A DNA stretch of 64,000 bases from Eledone cirrhosa. Taxonomy: Eukaryota. This document shows, one piece after another, positions 50,999 to 62,890 of this stretch (position 1 is the stretch's first letter; each line of letters begins with the position of its first letter). The position numbers and the translations under genes are program-made. The notes below the pieces were generated by a model. It was not told the DNA's origin. It worked only from the letters and a program-made list of their open reading frames with translations, and did no database searches. The DNA lies in contig OZ024755.1 in NCBI GenBank assembly GCA_964016885.1, positions 4,774,001 to 4,838,000 of the forward strand, read 5' to 3'.

Positions 50999-51285
50999 GG
51001 AAAGTTATATTTAAAATTGTTGGGTTACAACTAGTAAATATTTATAACTGGTATAAAAGCACTCGACAAATATTTGGAGTATATTTACAATATTAAACAG
51101 CCAGAGTAAACCTCTTCAAATGAAGTCGGTGTTATAACGGTATGTCGAACCTATTTGTCTATAAAACTGTTTATATTGTATTTTGTCTGATGAAGGCATA
51201 GCATATTGTTAATATGATATCCCCGAAATATATATAATGAAATAAATATGGTTTTATAAATATAGTTTTCCATTTATTTAATATT
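50999..51285 (+). mobile_element. Putative Penelope-like pseudo-LTR island within (TA)n
   Basis: Unique ~290-bp CpG-bearing island carrying a minimal hammerhead fold followed by aataaa. Confidence 0.5.
51171..51251 (+). ncRNA. Minimal type-I hammerhead ribozyme motif
   Basis: CTGATGA (51187-51193), stem II (catatt-gtt-aatatg core), GAAA (51225-51228), palindromic TATATA, TA cleavage site (51235-51236), and stem I atattgtattttgt/atgaaataaatat. Confidence 0.65.
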
Positions 51286-51322
51286 GTATATGTATATATA
51301 TATATATATTGATATGTATATA

Positions 51323-51395
<73 letters not shown>

Positions 51396-51592
51396 GTATA
51401 TATATATATATATATATTTATATGTATATATATATATTTATATGTATATATATATATATATTTATATGTATATATATATATATATATATATTTATATGTA
51501 TATATATATATTTATATGTATATATATATATATATTTATATGTATATATATATATATATATATATTTATATGTATATATATATATATGTATG
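51286..51592. repeat. Interrupted (TA)n array
   Basis: Direct inspection. Confidence 0.98.
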
Positions 51593-51988
51593 CATGTGTG
51601 TGAGTGTGTGTATGGCTTTAAATATTGATTTCACATATTGGTATGATGCTAAAAAATTTATTAGAGGAGAATAATCAATTAGCCAATATCTATTGAAATA
51701 AATCAATTAAACCCTGTACACATCTGCTACAACATATTTTACCTGTCTTGGTGGGATTTGAAGAAAGTCAGTTTGGTGAGATTTTAAACTGGAAATATGA
51801 ATCAACATAACCAAAAAACAACTTGGTTGGTGCATGGTGATAGATGGGGGTGTTATTTAGTCTGGCATTCTGACAATGTTCCCTAACCCTAACCTTAACC
51901 CTGACCCCTGAATACCTTCAAACATTGTTGGAAAATTCAGTAAGCTTATATTTTAAAATTATTATTGTTTCTTTGCTCAGCTTCTAAT

Positions 51989-52290
51989 ATCATCATCATC
52001 ATCATCAATTTACGTCCGCTTTTCCCTGCTTGCAAGGGTGGGACAGGTCCTATTCAGCACAGCATCTATGATCTTCAGAGATCTGAGGTCTGCTCTCACC
52101 ACCTCTGCCCATGTTTTTCATGGTCTTCCTCTACTGCGTCTTCCTTCTACTGGGATTTCTTGGCACTTCTTTACCCAGCGGTCATCCTCCATGCACATCA
52201 CATGTCCATACCATCTCGGTCTTCTCTCCTGCGCACTACAGTTTATCCCTCTTATACTCAGTTTCTCTCTCAACTCATCTATGCTTGGTC
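51989..52290 (-). mobile_element. RTE LINE 3' end (short-3'UTR subfamily)
   Basis: (CAT)n-tttacgtccgc...; the minus strand encodes GIRGINCSAQERRPRWYGHVMCMEDDRWVKKCQEIPVEGRRSRGRP*KTW. Confidence 0.85.
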
Positions 52291-52627
52291 ATTCACTAGA
52301 GATATATTAGTGTTAGCTGTCCACTACCAGTGAACTGAGGTAACAGCCCTTATTTTTTCAGTACCCTCCGAAAAGACATAATTGTCATATGATTGGCTGT
52401 CTTTAAATAATTAAACAGTTACACAACACTTATTAGATAACACTCAATACAAGTTCAATACCACTAAATACAAGTTCAATACATGACAAAAACAAATTCA
52501 GACCTACATAAGCACAAATCGAAATTCCATGTAACAGGAAATACAGTTTATTTACAAAAGGAAAATGTAGTAGAAAATATAAATCCTGACTAATTATTAC
52601 ACTGCTCCTGGTATCTCTTTCTCTCTC

Positions 52628-52660
<33 letters not shown>

Positions 52661-52728
52661 ATATCTATCCATATATCTCTCAATCTATTTGTCTGTTTGT
52701 CTATCTATCTATCTATCTATCTATCTAT

Positions 52729-53364
52729 CCGAGATGCGTGCGAGACGAAGAAACCGTCGTGCACACATTCATACACTGCCCGGGCGTTACTGACCCATGG
52801 AGCTATGTAGAACGACTATTGTCGCGAGTGGGACCAATCCGGTTGACCACTGAGTCTATTGTCATGATCAAACCGCCACTCTCCTTCAAAAACGAAGGAG
52901 AGGCGGTTTTCCTTTGTGTGATAGCTATGGCGAAAAAGGTTGTATGGTGGACGAGGTTAAAAGGGCTGAGGTCAGACACCTTTCTCTCCGACCAACAACT
53001 GATTATTCTTTGGAAGAAGAATCAGGATGGAGAGAGAGGTGCTGTACCCCAGCAAGTTTTATGAAAGGTGGGTGAAAGTGGCGAGAATGGCCCAAGTGAA
53101 TGGGCCTTCTCTCTATATCAGCCTGTAGGTTGAGGAAAAAGAGGAAGAGAGGAAAGGAGTACAAACTCTTCGTACTCCTGGAGATGAGGGTTGCACATTT
53201 TTTCGGGGGTATGTGTTACCATATGAAATGTCTCCCCCTATTGGGGAAAATCGATTAATTTTTAAATTGCATTTGTGATAGCATTTTACACGTTTTTATT
53301 GTATGTAAACTTCCCCCTTTGTATTTGTCCCCTTCTTTTGTGCCTCTGTGGCTAATAAAGAAAC
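52729..53364 (+). mobile_element. 5'-truncated L1/Tx1-clade LINE: zinc-knuckle C-terminus and 3'UTR
   Basis: PRCVRDEETVVHTFIHC matches the zf-RVT-like C-x(n)-E-T-x-x-H-x4-C motif; later AKKVVWWTR; aataaa at 53354; both ends abut TATC repeats. Confidence 0.8.
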
Positions 53365-54089
53365 ATATCTATTTATCTATCTGTCTCTCTCTCTCTCACT
53401 CTCTCTCTCTCTCTCTCTTTGTCTGTCTGCCTATCTCTCTATCTGTCTGTCTATCTAGCTCTCTATCTGTCTGTCTGTCTGTTTATCTGTCTGTCTGTAT
53501 GTCTGTCTATCAGTCAGCTGGTCAAGTTGAACTTCCAAGCCTTGGTTCAACTTCAGGAATAAGTCTCAAATTACGTATCTTTGTAAGTAGTGCATCATTT
53601 GCTGCAGAAAATCCTGTCTCAACCAGCCAGGTGATGGGGGTAAAAACCAAATAAGAATGGAACAACCTTTTTCAAAGAACAAGGAATGGGAAGAAGATTT
53701 TACCTTCAGACCTCCAATCAAACCTTACTCTAGTAAAAAAAAAAAATTAGAATTTCAAAGCCCACCTAATTTCCTTGGACCTACTCCAGACCCATTTAAA
53801 ATATTTCTCAGACCCAGTTGCTGCCCTAAGGGCCCAGATTGAGAGAATGATTGGTTCAAATGACACATCTAACTGAAAGAAGACTGTAGTAAAATAATAA
53901 ATCTGGCTGCTCTTATTTCAGTGAATTAGTGAGAGTGTGAGATTGTTGAAAAGGTTGTTTTTATTTAATAGCTGACACAACCTTTCAATATATGTCAAGT
54001 GAAGAGAAATTACTTTGTAGGGTACTTTTATTTGGTTTCCCTTCTCTTTCTATATCAGGAAATATCCTGATTTTCTGCTTTATTCATCG

Positions 54090-54462
54090 GCTGTGTCTGT
54101 CACTATGTTTGTATGTATGTTTGAGTGTGTCTGCATGTGTGTCTGTCTGTGTGTGTTTGTGTCTGTCTGTGTGTGTTTGTGTCTGTCTCTATCTGCCTGT
54201 ATGTGTATCTGTGTGTGTGTGTGTGTGAGTATGTGTATCTGTGTGTGTGAGAGTATGTGTGTGTGTATGTGTATCTGTATGCCTGTGCATGTGTGTATTT
54301 CTGTCTGTCTGCATATGCTTGTATGTGTGTATCTGTCTGTCTGTGTATATCTGTGTGTCTAAGTCTGCCTGTACATGTGTGTGTGTGGTTGTCTGTCTGC
54401 ATATGTGTGTGTATGTATATGTGTGTGTCTGTCTGTGTGTCTGTCTGTGTGTTTCATGTGTT
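54090..54462. repeat. Degenerate (GT/GTCT)n tract
   Basis: Direct inspection. Confidence 0.9.
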
Positions 54463-54741
54463 TGTTATATTGATCAATCCCTATCCACTCCTCTCTCTTG
54501 TCTTTTCTATTATTTTCCCTTTGCTTTATTAAATAGAAATTCCATTCTCAACTGACCTATTTATTAGTAGTATTAGTATTATTATTGTTAGTAGTAGTGG
54601 TGGTGGTTGTGGTTGTGTCATGATAAAATGTACCTAGCCCACACTATAAAGTGGTAGTATTGGTGCCAGGATAAACTGCACTCAGTAACATGTGGGTCCT
54701 ATGTAAGCAAGATGCAGGCCCCTAAACTTGTCTGGGAGGTC

Positions 54742-54869
54742 AGTAGTCACACTTTAGTAGTCACACTTTAACAGTCACACTTTAACAATCACACTTTAAC
54801 AGTCACACTTTAGTAGTCACACTTTAGTAGTCACACTTTAGTAGTCACACTTTAGTAGTTACACTTTAG
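54742..54869. repeat. 14-bp minisatellite x9
   Basis: Unit agtagtcacacttt. Confidence 0.95.
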
Positions 54870-54902
54870 GTCTGTGAATCTTTATTATATTTTTAAAGCT
54901 TT

Positions 54903-55089
54903 TGGTGGATTGGCAGTATCGGTAGAGGGTCGGACACCATGCTTTGACGCATAGAGTTACGGCCCTTGCCATTCTGAGTTCAAATCCCACTGAGGTTAAC
55001 TTTGCCTTTCATCCTTACAGGGTCGATAAAATATAAAGTACCAGTAATGCACTGGGTAATTGCTGGCCTTGTGCCAAAAGTAGAAACAA
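54903..55089 (+). mobile_element. tRNA-derived SINE (main family), full length, with 19-bp TSD
   Basis: ggtggattggcagtatcggtagag...gagttcaaatccc...gccaaaagtagaaac; attatatttttaaagcttt at 54884-54902 and 55089-55107. Confidence 0.92.
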
Positions 55090-55179
55090 TTATATTTTTA
55101 AAGCTTTAATATTTGAAAAAAAGAAAAATGAAAATAAGACCATATATTGTCAATCATAAAGGATATCTTCTTTTTCTTC

Positions 55180-55452
55180 TTCTTCACACACTGAAACAAT
55201 GGTGGAGGCAGAGTCGTCAAACACTCCTTCCAGCTGGTCCTGTCAGAATCAATTGATCCAGCTGGATCCCCAAGTAAGACCAGCCGAGCTCATGGATGAT
55301 ATCCAACCATCTTGCTCGGAGTCTACCCCTGGGTCTCCTGTCGGTTGGTTTTGCCCCTAAAATCTGTCCAGCGATTCTTTCCTGAGACATTCTAACCACA
55401 TGCCTATATTATCGGAGCTGTGGTCTCTCAATTCAGAGAAGTAGCAGCTCCG
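55180..55452 (-). mobile_element. RTE-clade LINE 3' end, (GAA)n-tail subfamily
   Basis: ORF 55217-55399 reads VRMSQERIAGQILGAKPTDRRPRGRLRARWLD. Confidence 0.85.
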
Positions 55453-56208
55453 AATATAAATGATATCTGATTTTTTATTCAGTTATTTTTTAAGAAAGGT
55501 TATTAGTACTTTTGTATAAAAATAGCTTGATATGGCTTTTAAAAGACCATATACTAAACCCTGATTAGTATTTCACCATTTTGATATTTATGGCAAGACA
55601 TCGGTATTTTGTTGTTAGTATGTTTGAAAGAGGAAATGACAATAATTACTTATTCACCTAGCAGAATGACGTTGATGTTGATGTTGATATGGGTGTTGGC
55701 TATGATAATACCACTGGAGATCACAGCATCAACTGTAACACTCATGACAATGTTCACATGTTGGAAGTCAGAAAATGTTTTTAAAAAGTTCTCAGGTCTT
55801 CTAAGTTCTAAAGTTGAAAATATGACTTTGGAGTTATTTCAACTTTGGTCTTCTTTTAAGTTTAGCATTAAAGATCATGAATAAATGTTTTCCTTTCAAA
55901 ACAATTGTTAAATTTTTAAATTTATTTTTTGCAAGTCTCTAAAAGTTCTGCTCCATCAATCTCATTCCCACTTTTCTCTCCTCCTCTCTATCTCTTTCTC
56001 TATATATACATACCCTTCTCATTTCTCATCTCATGCTTTAGACTCTTTTTCTTCCTTTCTCTCTCTGTTCAATATGTGGTTATATCTTCACCCGACCTTT
56101 TACTCTACACATAGTATTTAGCTATTTACAGCTACTCACCCCGCGCTGACATTAATAACTTTTTATGAAAATTCATATATACTCATCACTTCAAACTTTT
56201 TCAATTAA

Positions 56209-56245
<37 letters not shown>

Positions 56246-56250
56246 TTACA

Positions 56251-56328
56251 CAGGGTTGTCCCCCAAAAATATACACACACTTTTATTAGAATGTTGTTGA
56301 AGTATGTATACATTTTTGAGGGACACCT

Positions 56329-56330
<2 letters not shown>
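56251..56330. mobile_element. Tiny Tc1/mariner-like MITE
   Basis: TIRs cagggttgtccccc-aaaaatatacac and gtatacatttttgagggacaccttg; related ends at 12357 and 43250-43285. Confidence 0.6.
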
Positions 56331-56418
<88 letters not shown>

Positions 56419-56879
56419 CTGGAAGCTAAATATAGTTTGATAGTTGTAAGAAACTATAGATAAAAACCACTAGAACATGTGCAAACAATTCCGTTGAAAA
56501 TATTTAACCATCTATCACATTTTTTCCTAAAATAATGATGAGAAGAACTGGAAGGTGGGAAATAAATCATTGGATACAGAAAAGAGGGGTTTTTAAGGAA
56601 CTTTCTACTGATGTTGGCATTGTAAAAAAAAAGGGGTTTATCGAGAAAGACAATAAACTGAAAATATTTACTATTCACTAAAAGCTTGGTTGTAACTTTA
56701 ATTATAGCTTTTGGAAGTACACATCCTACTCATTCTATTAATTGCTGTGCTTCTGGCCATAGATTATCAGACAGCGGAGTCTGGCACTATTTAAAGATTT
56801 CTTCCCAATTTGGAATTAATATTTACCAAAACCGCTTTTGTAAGAATATTATAGTTTCTATTGAAAGGAATAAATAATG

Positions 56880-57176
56880 AAGAGAAAGAGTAGGAGGCGC
56901 TGAGGAGGGGAGAATGGATGAGGGGGGAGAGAAGGGGAGAGAGATGGTGAGGAGGAGGAGAGTGAGAGAAAGTAAGGGGGAGATGGGTGGTAGAAGAGGA
57001 GAGAATGGATGAGGTGCGAGAGTGGAGAGAGAGATAGTGAGGAGAGGGAGAGAAAAGAGATGGGGAGGGGGGTGAGAGAGGGGGGAAGGGGTAGTAGAAG
57101 AGGGGGAATGGATGAGGTGCGAGAGTGGGGAATGATAGTGATGAGGGGGAGATGGGGGATTGAGAGAGGGGGAGAA
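56880..57176. repeat. Purine-rich (GA/GGA) low-complexity tract
   Basis: Direct inspection. Confidence 0.85.
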
Positions 57177-57264
57177 AGCTGCCAAAATTGATGAAAATGT
57201 TTCCTGGTTCCTGAGCAGCAAATATGTGTTTGTTTAAATTTATGGATTAGTAAATAGGGGAGGG

Positions 57265-57445
57265 GGTGTTAATGTGTTGGGCTCAACTTTACAATGTTGT
57301 GGATTTGATTCTTGGATCAGTTGACACATTGTAGTCTTGAGCAAGACACTTCACTTCACATTGCTCCAGGCTAACTCAGCTGAAAATAAATATCAACAGC
57401 AGCAGTAGTAGCAGCTGGGGTGGTGGGAACCTGTTATGGACTTAT
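57265..57445 (+). mobile_element. SINE family 2, degenerate
   Basis: gtcttgagcaagacacttcacttcacattgctccag...actcagctg. Confidence 0.7.
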
Positions 57446-58477
57446 ACCCCCCCCCCCCCAACACACACACACATTATCCAATTTATTTGTGCCCTCAGCT
57501 GGGCTTTTACTTTTAGGAAGGTTAGAATGTTTGAATTTAATACCTGTATGTATAACTTCTCAATTCCAATTACTTGCACCAAGCTAACTTAGATATGTAA
57601 AATTAGGGGTTTGCTGTGTATTCTAATTTATTGTGTTTGAGGGGCCCTCCTGCCCAACCTGAAGTGCCCTGGGCCCCGCCAAGGTCTAAATTCGACCCTT
57701 TTCATCACCACCAACATCATCATCAATGTTCTTCATAGAAAACTATTTATTTTGTTCATGCTTGACAGAATATTTATGATCTTGCTTGTAGCTTGCTTTT
57801 CATATACCATTTCCATAGAATTTATATAACATTGATATAAAGAATGTTTTCATGTGCAGAGATGCTATAAAATAGCTTATAAAATAGGGTGAAGACCCTT
57901 AAAGACAGTAAATGAAGTTGCCATCAGCCATTTTATTCTTATCACTGACTCTGTTGTAATGGTTACCATTCCATGATTTTTTTTTTCTTTTTGCTTTACA
58001 ATCCTTACCTCTCTCTTTCAAACTGTCTCATGAAATATTATTTAATATTTCTGTCTGGGAGAGAGTCTGAGAGTGTTGGTATATTTAGAAAGTAAAGCAT
58101 CTCATTACTTGACTTACATCATTGGTTGGCTGTTTAATTGCAGATAAAAAATTTGGCATTGGATATATATATATATATATATCATCTCTTACTGTGAAGA
58201 TTGTTGAGAGAAGCAATGAGTGAGAGAAGTAAAAATATACAGATATAATATAGAGAAGGGGGAGAGAAGAAGTGTTTAGTTCCTTATCTAGAAAATGAAA
58301 AAATTTATCCATGGCCTGTAAAGATATTTACTACAAAAAGGTAATTTAGAACCGAAGAAGATTTGAGATAAATTCTTCTGAAAAGGAACTTGGCTTATCT
58401 CTCGTTTTCATATCTTCCTATCTGATATCTTGATTTAAAATTGTTACTGTATTTTAAGAACTTTATTTTTAGAGAGG

Positions 58478-58722
58478 TGCAAAGCTACAAACATCTTTAT
58501 ATATCACAGTTATTGAGGCCTCAAAGTGATAAACATCTTCATATCTCTCAGTCATTGAGGGCTCAAAGCTATAAACATCCTCATATACCACAGTCATTGA
58601 GGGCTCAAAGCTATAAACATCTCCATACCTCAGTCATTAAGGGCTCAAAACTATAAACATCTCCATACCTCAGTCATTGAGTGCTCAAAGCTGTAAATGG
58701 CCTCATATTCCTCACTTATTGA
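58478..58722. repeat. 40-42-bp minisatellite x6
   Basis: Unit gggctcaaagctataaacatctccatacctcagtcattga. Confidence 0.9.
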
Positions 58723-58732
58723 GTAGTAGTAT

Positions 58733-58842
58733 TTAAATCCCGCCGAGGTTAACTTTGCCTTTCATCCTTACGGGGGTCGATAAAATAAAGTACCAGTAAT
58801 GTACTGGGTAATTGCTGGCCTTGTGCTAAAAGTAGAAATAAT
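58733..58842 (+). mobile_element. SINE (main family), 5'-truncated
   Basis: aaatcccgccgaggttaactttgcctttcatcc...gtgctaaaagtagaaa. Confidence 0.85.
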
Positions 58843-60109
58843 TATTTAAATTAAGGACCAAAGGGTTCATTCTGTTACATATCAGGTGACATGGTAAGAA
58901 ACTTAATCCTATTTATTCACCCTACTTCTGCTTACTAGATTGATATGAAGTCCTACACAAGCAAGACAACCAATCTTGCCTCAAGTGGGAAAATTCCCGT
59001 CCAAACCCATGCTAGCGTGGAAGATGGACATTAAACGATGATGATGATGATGAAGTAACTTGTGAAAAACAAACTTCCCATCTATGTTCAGATAAGACTA
59101 GAAAAACTGTGAACTACTGGAAGAATTTTATTCTAGAACCAAATACATTGAAATATTTGAAGTGTGTATGTGTGTACTGTTTAATTATTCCATTACTTAT
59201 GTCATTTATTTGGTAACTTTAGAGCTTTGTCTACCCCAGTTCTGTAAGAGTCTTCTTTGCCCACATATTCCTGAGAGGGTTGTGGGGGCAGTGTTTTCAA
59301 ACATTCCTTCCAGCAGGTCCTGTCAGAAGCAACTGTCTACAACTGATCCGGTTGGATCCCCAAGCAAGACGAGCTACCTATAGTTTCTTGTTTGGGAAAT
59401 CATGAATGTAATATAAACCTCAGTGAAGAAAATGTTGCTATATTTTATTATCTTTTATTCAAAATTTTGAATATATTCTTATAAAAATTGATAGAAGTAG
59501 AAACTAATTTTGAATACTCTATGTATTTTCTTTGTCATAAAAGTAATATAGTTATTGGTTACCTACCTGAACATATGCTCCTTAGGAATGTTTTCAAATT
59601 CTTTGAAACATATTCTTATATTCCCAACTGTCCAAAAGAAACATATTCTTATATTCTCAACAGACCAAAAGAAAAAAAATTTAATTACCTTCAGCTTATG
59701 TTACATATGTAATTTTTCTCATGTTACATAAATATTTTTGCATCCTGTAATATCAGCAATAGATTCTTGCATCCAGAAATATCAGCAGTATATTCTCAGT
59801 CTTTCAGTTGTTTGTGAAGTCTGTGTGGGTGGGTGTGTGCATGTGTAGGTGTGAAGTCTGTGTGTGGGGGTGTCTGCGCGCGTGTAGGTGTGAAGTCTGT
59901 GTGTTATGTGTGTATGTATGTATGTGTGTGTGTTTATACATACTTATCATAGTATATTCTTTAGTTTTACAAGAAAAGAAATTATGGATTAGGTTTTTTT
60001 AATGGGAAATTTCGACTTAATCTGTGTAAAGAACAGTTAAAGAAACAGTAAATTTATATTGATGATGATGAGGAGAATTCCAATATATATATATATATAA
60101 TTAATTATA

Positions 60110-60355
60110 TATGTGTGTATGTGTGTACATGTGTATTTGTGTGAGTGTGTGTGTGAGAGTGCATGTATGTGTGTGTGTACATGTGTATTTGTGTGTGCAT
60201 GTGTGTGTGTGTATATGTGCGTGTTGGTGTGTGCATGTGTGTGTGTGCATGTGAGTATGTGTGTCAGTGTGTGTGTATTGGTGTGTGCATGTGTGTGTAT
60301 ATGTGCGTGTTGGTGTGTGCATGTGAGTGAGTGTGTGTGTGTCAGTGTGTGTATT
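60110..60355. repeat. Degenerate (GT)n tract
   Basis: Direct inspection. Confidence 0.9.
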
Positions 60356-60708
60356 TACATATACTCTAAATTCTAAATATTTATAATTTTCTTCTTTATT
60401 TGTCGTCCCTTTTATTTTTCATTTAACATTACTTTCCAACATCAAATACTATGGTCTATCCTTTATTTAAATATAGTAAAAAGGGTAAAGTTCTGTTTCT
60501 GTCCTTTTTCTCACATTGAGAGACAATGACAGTGTCTGATAAATATATTCTTTCAGTCTACAGGCTTTATCAAAACATTGTTACACAGCAGGACTTTTTC
60601 TATAGGGGCAAATCTCTTAGCATACTTCTTATACAATTGTCATGGGAAATAAACTTGACATAATATTGTAGGTGTGTTTTTCTGTTGCTTGACTTCATTT
60701 CTTAACAA

Positions 60709-60827
60709 TCAGCAAACCATATTGCGCTAAAAACACCAATTTTCACCCAATCACCAAAGTTAAGCAATGCCGAGTCTAGTTAGTACTTTGATGGATCATC
60801 GCTTGGGAAACCTAGGTGCTATAAACC
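60709..60827 (+). pseudogene. 5S rRNA pseudogene, full length (~119 nt), diverged
   Basis: accat...aaaacacc...atcaccaaagttaagcaa...gttagtactttgatgg...gcttgggaa..c..ggtgct is colinear with metazoan 5S rRNA, including box A and box C; many differences look like CpG decay. Confidence 0.85.
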
Positions 60828-60996
60828 TATTCTTATACTGTTATATTTTATATATTTGTAGGTAAGTGAATTATTATTAAAGCACTGATAATTGCTGTGG
60901 TATTTTATATTTACCAATATGAGTTCTCTGCAAAGGGATACATGTTGTTATGGGTAAGTGAACACATTATTAAGCCATTGAATCATTCTTCAGAAC

Positions 60997-61669
60997 ATCT
61001 CTCCATGTTGACTGTTCTATTGTAAACTATACTACATCTACCAATATGAGACAATGTCAGCAACGTAGTGTAGTATCTCTCCATGTTAACTGTTCTATTG
61101 TAAACTATACTACTTCTACCAATATGAGACAATGTCAGCAACGTAGTGTAGTATCTCTCCATGTTAACTGTTCTATTGTAAACTATACTACATCTACCAA
61201 TATGAGACAATGTCAGCAACGTAGTGTAGTATCTCTCCATGTTAACTGTTCTATTGTAAACTATACTACTTCTACCAATATGAGACAATGTCAGCAACGT
61301 AGTGTAGTATCTCTCCATGTTAACTGTTCTATTGTAAACTATACTACATCTACCAATATGAGACAATGTCAGCAACGTAGTGTAGTATCTCTCCATGTTA
61401 ACTGTTCTATTGTAAACTATACTACATCTACCAATATGAGACAATGTCAGCAACGTAGTGTAGTATCTCTCCATGTTGACTGTTCTATTGTAAACTATAC
61501 TACTTCTACCAATATGAGACAATGTCAGCAACGTAGTGTAGTATCTCTCCATGTTGACTGTTCTATTGTAAACTATACTACATCTATCAATATGAGACAA
61601 TGTCAGCAACGTAGTGTAGTATCTCTCCATGTTAACTGTTCTATTGTAAACTATACTACATCTACCAAT
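60997..61669. repeat. 78-bp minisatellite x8.6
   Basis: ccatgtt starts at 61003, 61081, 61159 and onward to 61627; units are nearly identical. Confidence 0.97.
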
Positions 61670-62497
61670 AACTGACATGTTCATTTTATTTTTGACTTTT
61701 TTTTTCTAAATTCACGATGTAGCATCTGTTTATATGGCATGTGGATAACAGTGCAATACTCTTCTTCTTCTGCCACATGTGTTAGCTGATACCAATGCAA
61801 GTGCTGTTGCTACATGTCTTAGCTGATAGCATTCATGTTGATATTTCCTATCAAATATCTCACATTCAGCTTACATTACTCAAGTTCCAAATAAAACCGA
61901 CATAAATCTAGAGGTGCAGTCTATCATTTACTGAGCTAAACATAGTAAGACTGACTAAAATATGTGGTTTGCATGAGAAACGATGTTCAATTATAACAGA
62001 AATACCAACACAATTTAAAGATATATTTAAATGTTCAATGATTAATTTACTGGAGTAATTAACAATGTAGTAGGGAAAGACAATAGACAGATCAATATCA
62101 AAATGAGAAAATCTCAAGGTGAGGAATGTCAATTATTATAGCTGTTTATTGAAGTTATTCCAAAGCAATGAAAGAGTAAAACGACCTAGGTGGCTTTGAA
62201 TCAAAGAACTGTAGGTTTCTAACCAGCGTTGGACTTACCTAGAAGCTAAATAAGCTATAGCTTTAGGACTACACACCCTCGACAGCCTTATTTTAAAAAG
62301 TATATATAAAAAATAATAATCATATATAATTATTTAAAATTTTTTTACCCAAATTTTTTTTAAAGGGTCTCAATTTTCATATAGCTTAGGGCCTCGTCAG
62401 ATGAAAGTCCAGCCCTTTTTCTAATTTTCATGTATTGTTTTCAACTAAATAATTAATGAACATGATTAGTATTTTTTGAGCTGATTTTATAGTTATC

Positions 62498-62579
62498 TTT
62501 CCCTAGTTACACCTCTGGTTGGGCAGGGGTACAATTTCACTGCTTACCATAGGTTCTATTTTCCCTAGTTCTGCCTCTG
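62498..62579 (-). mobile_element. hAT-like terminal remnant (CAGAGGCAGAACTAGGG...)
   Basis: Reverse complement is cagaggcagaactagggaaaatagaacctatggtaagcagtgaaattgtacccctgcccaaccagaggtgtaactaggg. Confidence 0.55.
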
Positions 62580-62599
62580 TATTCATGACATTTGTAGAC

Positions 62600-62890
62600 C
62601 TTTTAAGACTGTTAACGTTCCACTTATAATGTTACGAGTATGAGGTTGTTAACATTCCACTTATAATGTTACAAATTGACAGGAAAGACACAAGGAATTT
62701 CAGTGATTTTCTGGGAATATATGACTGTGTATAGTGGTTAGTGTAGAGCCTGGATTGCTGGAATAGTAAAGGAGAGAGGCTTCCAGGGAAGATGGCATGA
62801 GATCAGCCAACTATTGAGAGCAGAGGTCATTGTAGCAATGGTAGAAAAAAACAACAGAGAATGGAGGAAGTGTGTCTGGGAACCAGCTTG
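62600..62890 (-). mobile_element. CR1-clade LINE 3' remnant
   Basis: The minus strand reads FYHCYNDLCSQ*LADLMPS and later NSL..FP....K.NVN, resembling the CR1 C-terminal motifs LFYRYYxGxCSxEL...WNSLP..VFP. Confidence 0.55.

Noticed and set aside
55590-55884. Non-repetitive ORF-like stretch
   Set aside because: No recognisable domain, an in-frame stop in the most protein-like frame, and no clear splice pair.
62365-62402. Minus-strand CTGACGA...GAAA hammerhead-like spacing
   Set aside because: No stem II closing next to GAAA, and no UH or stem I.
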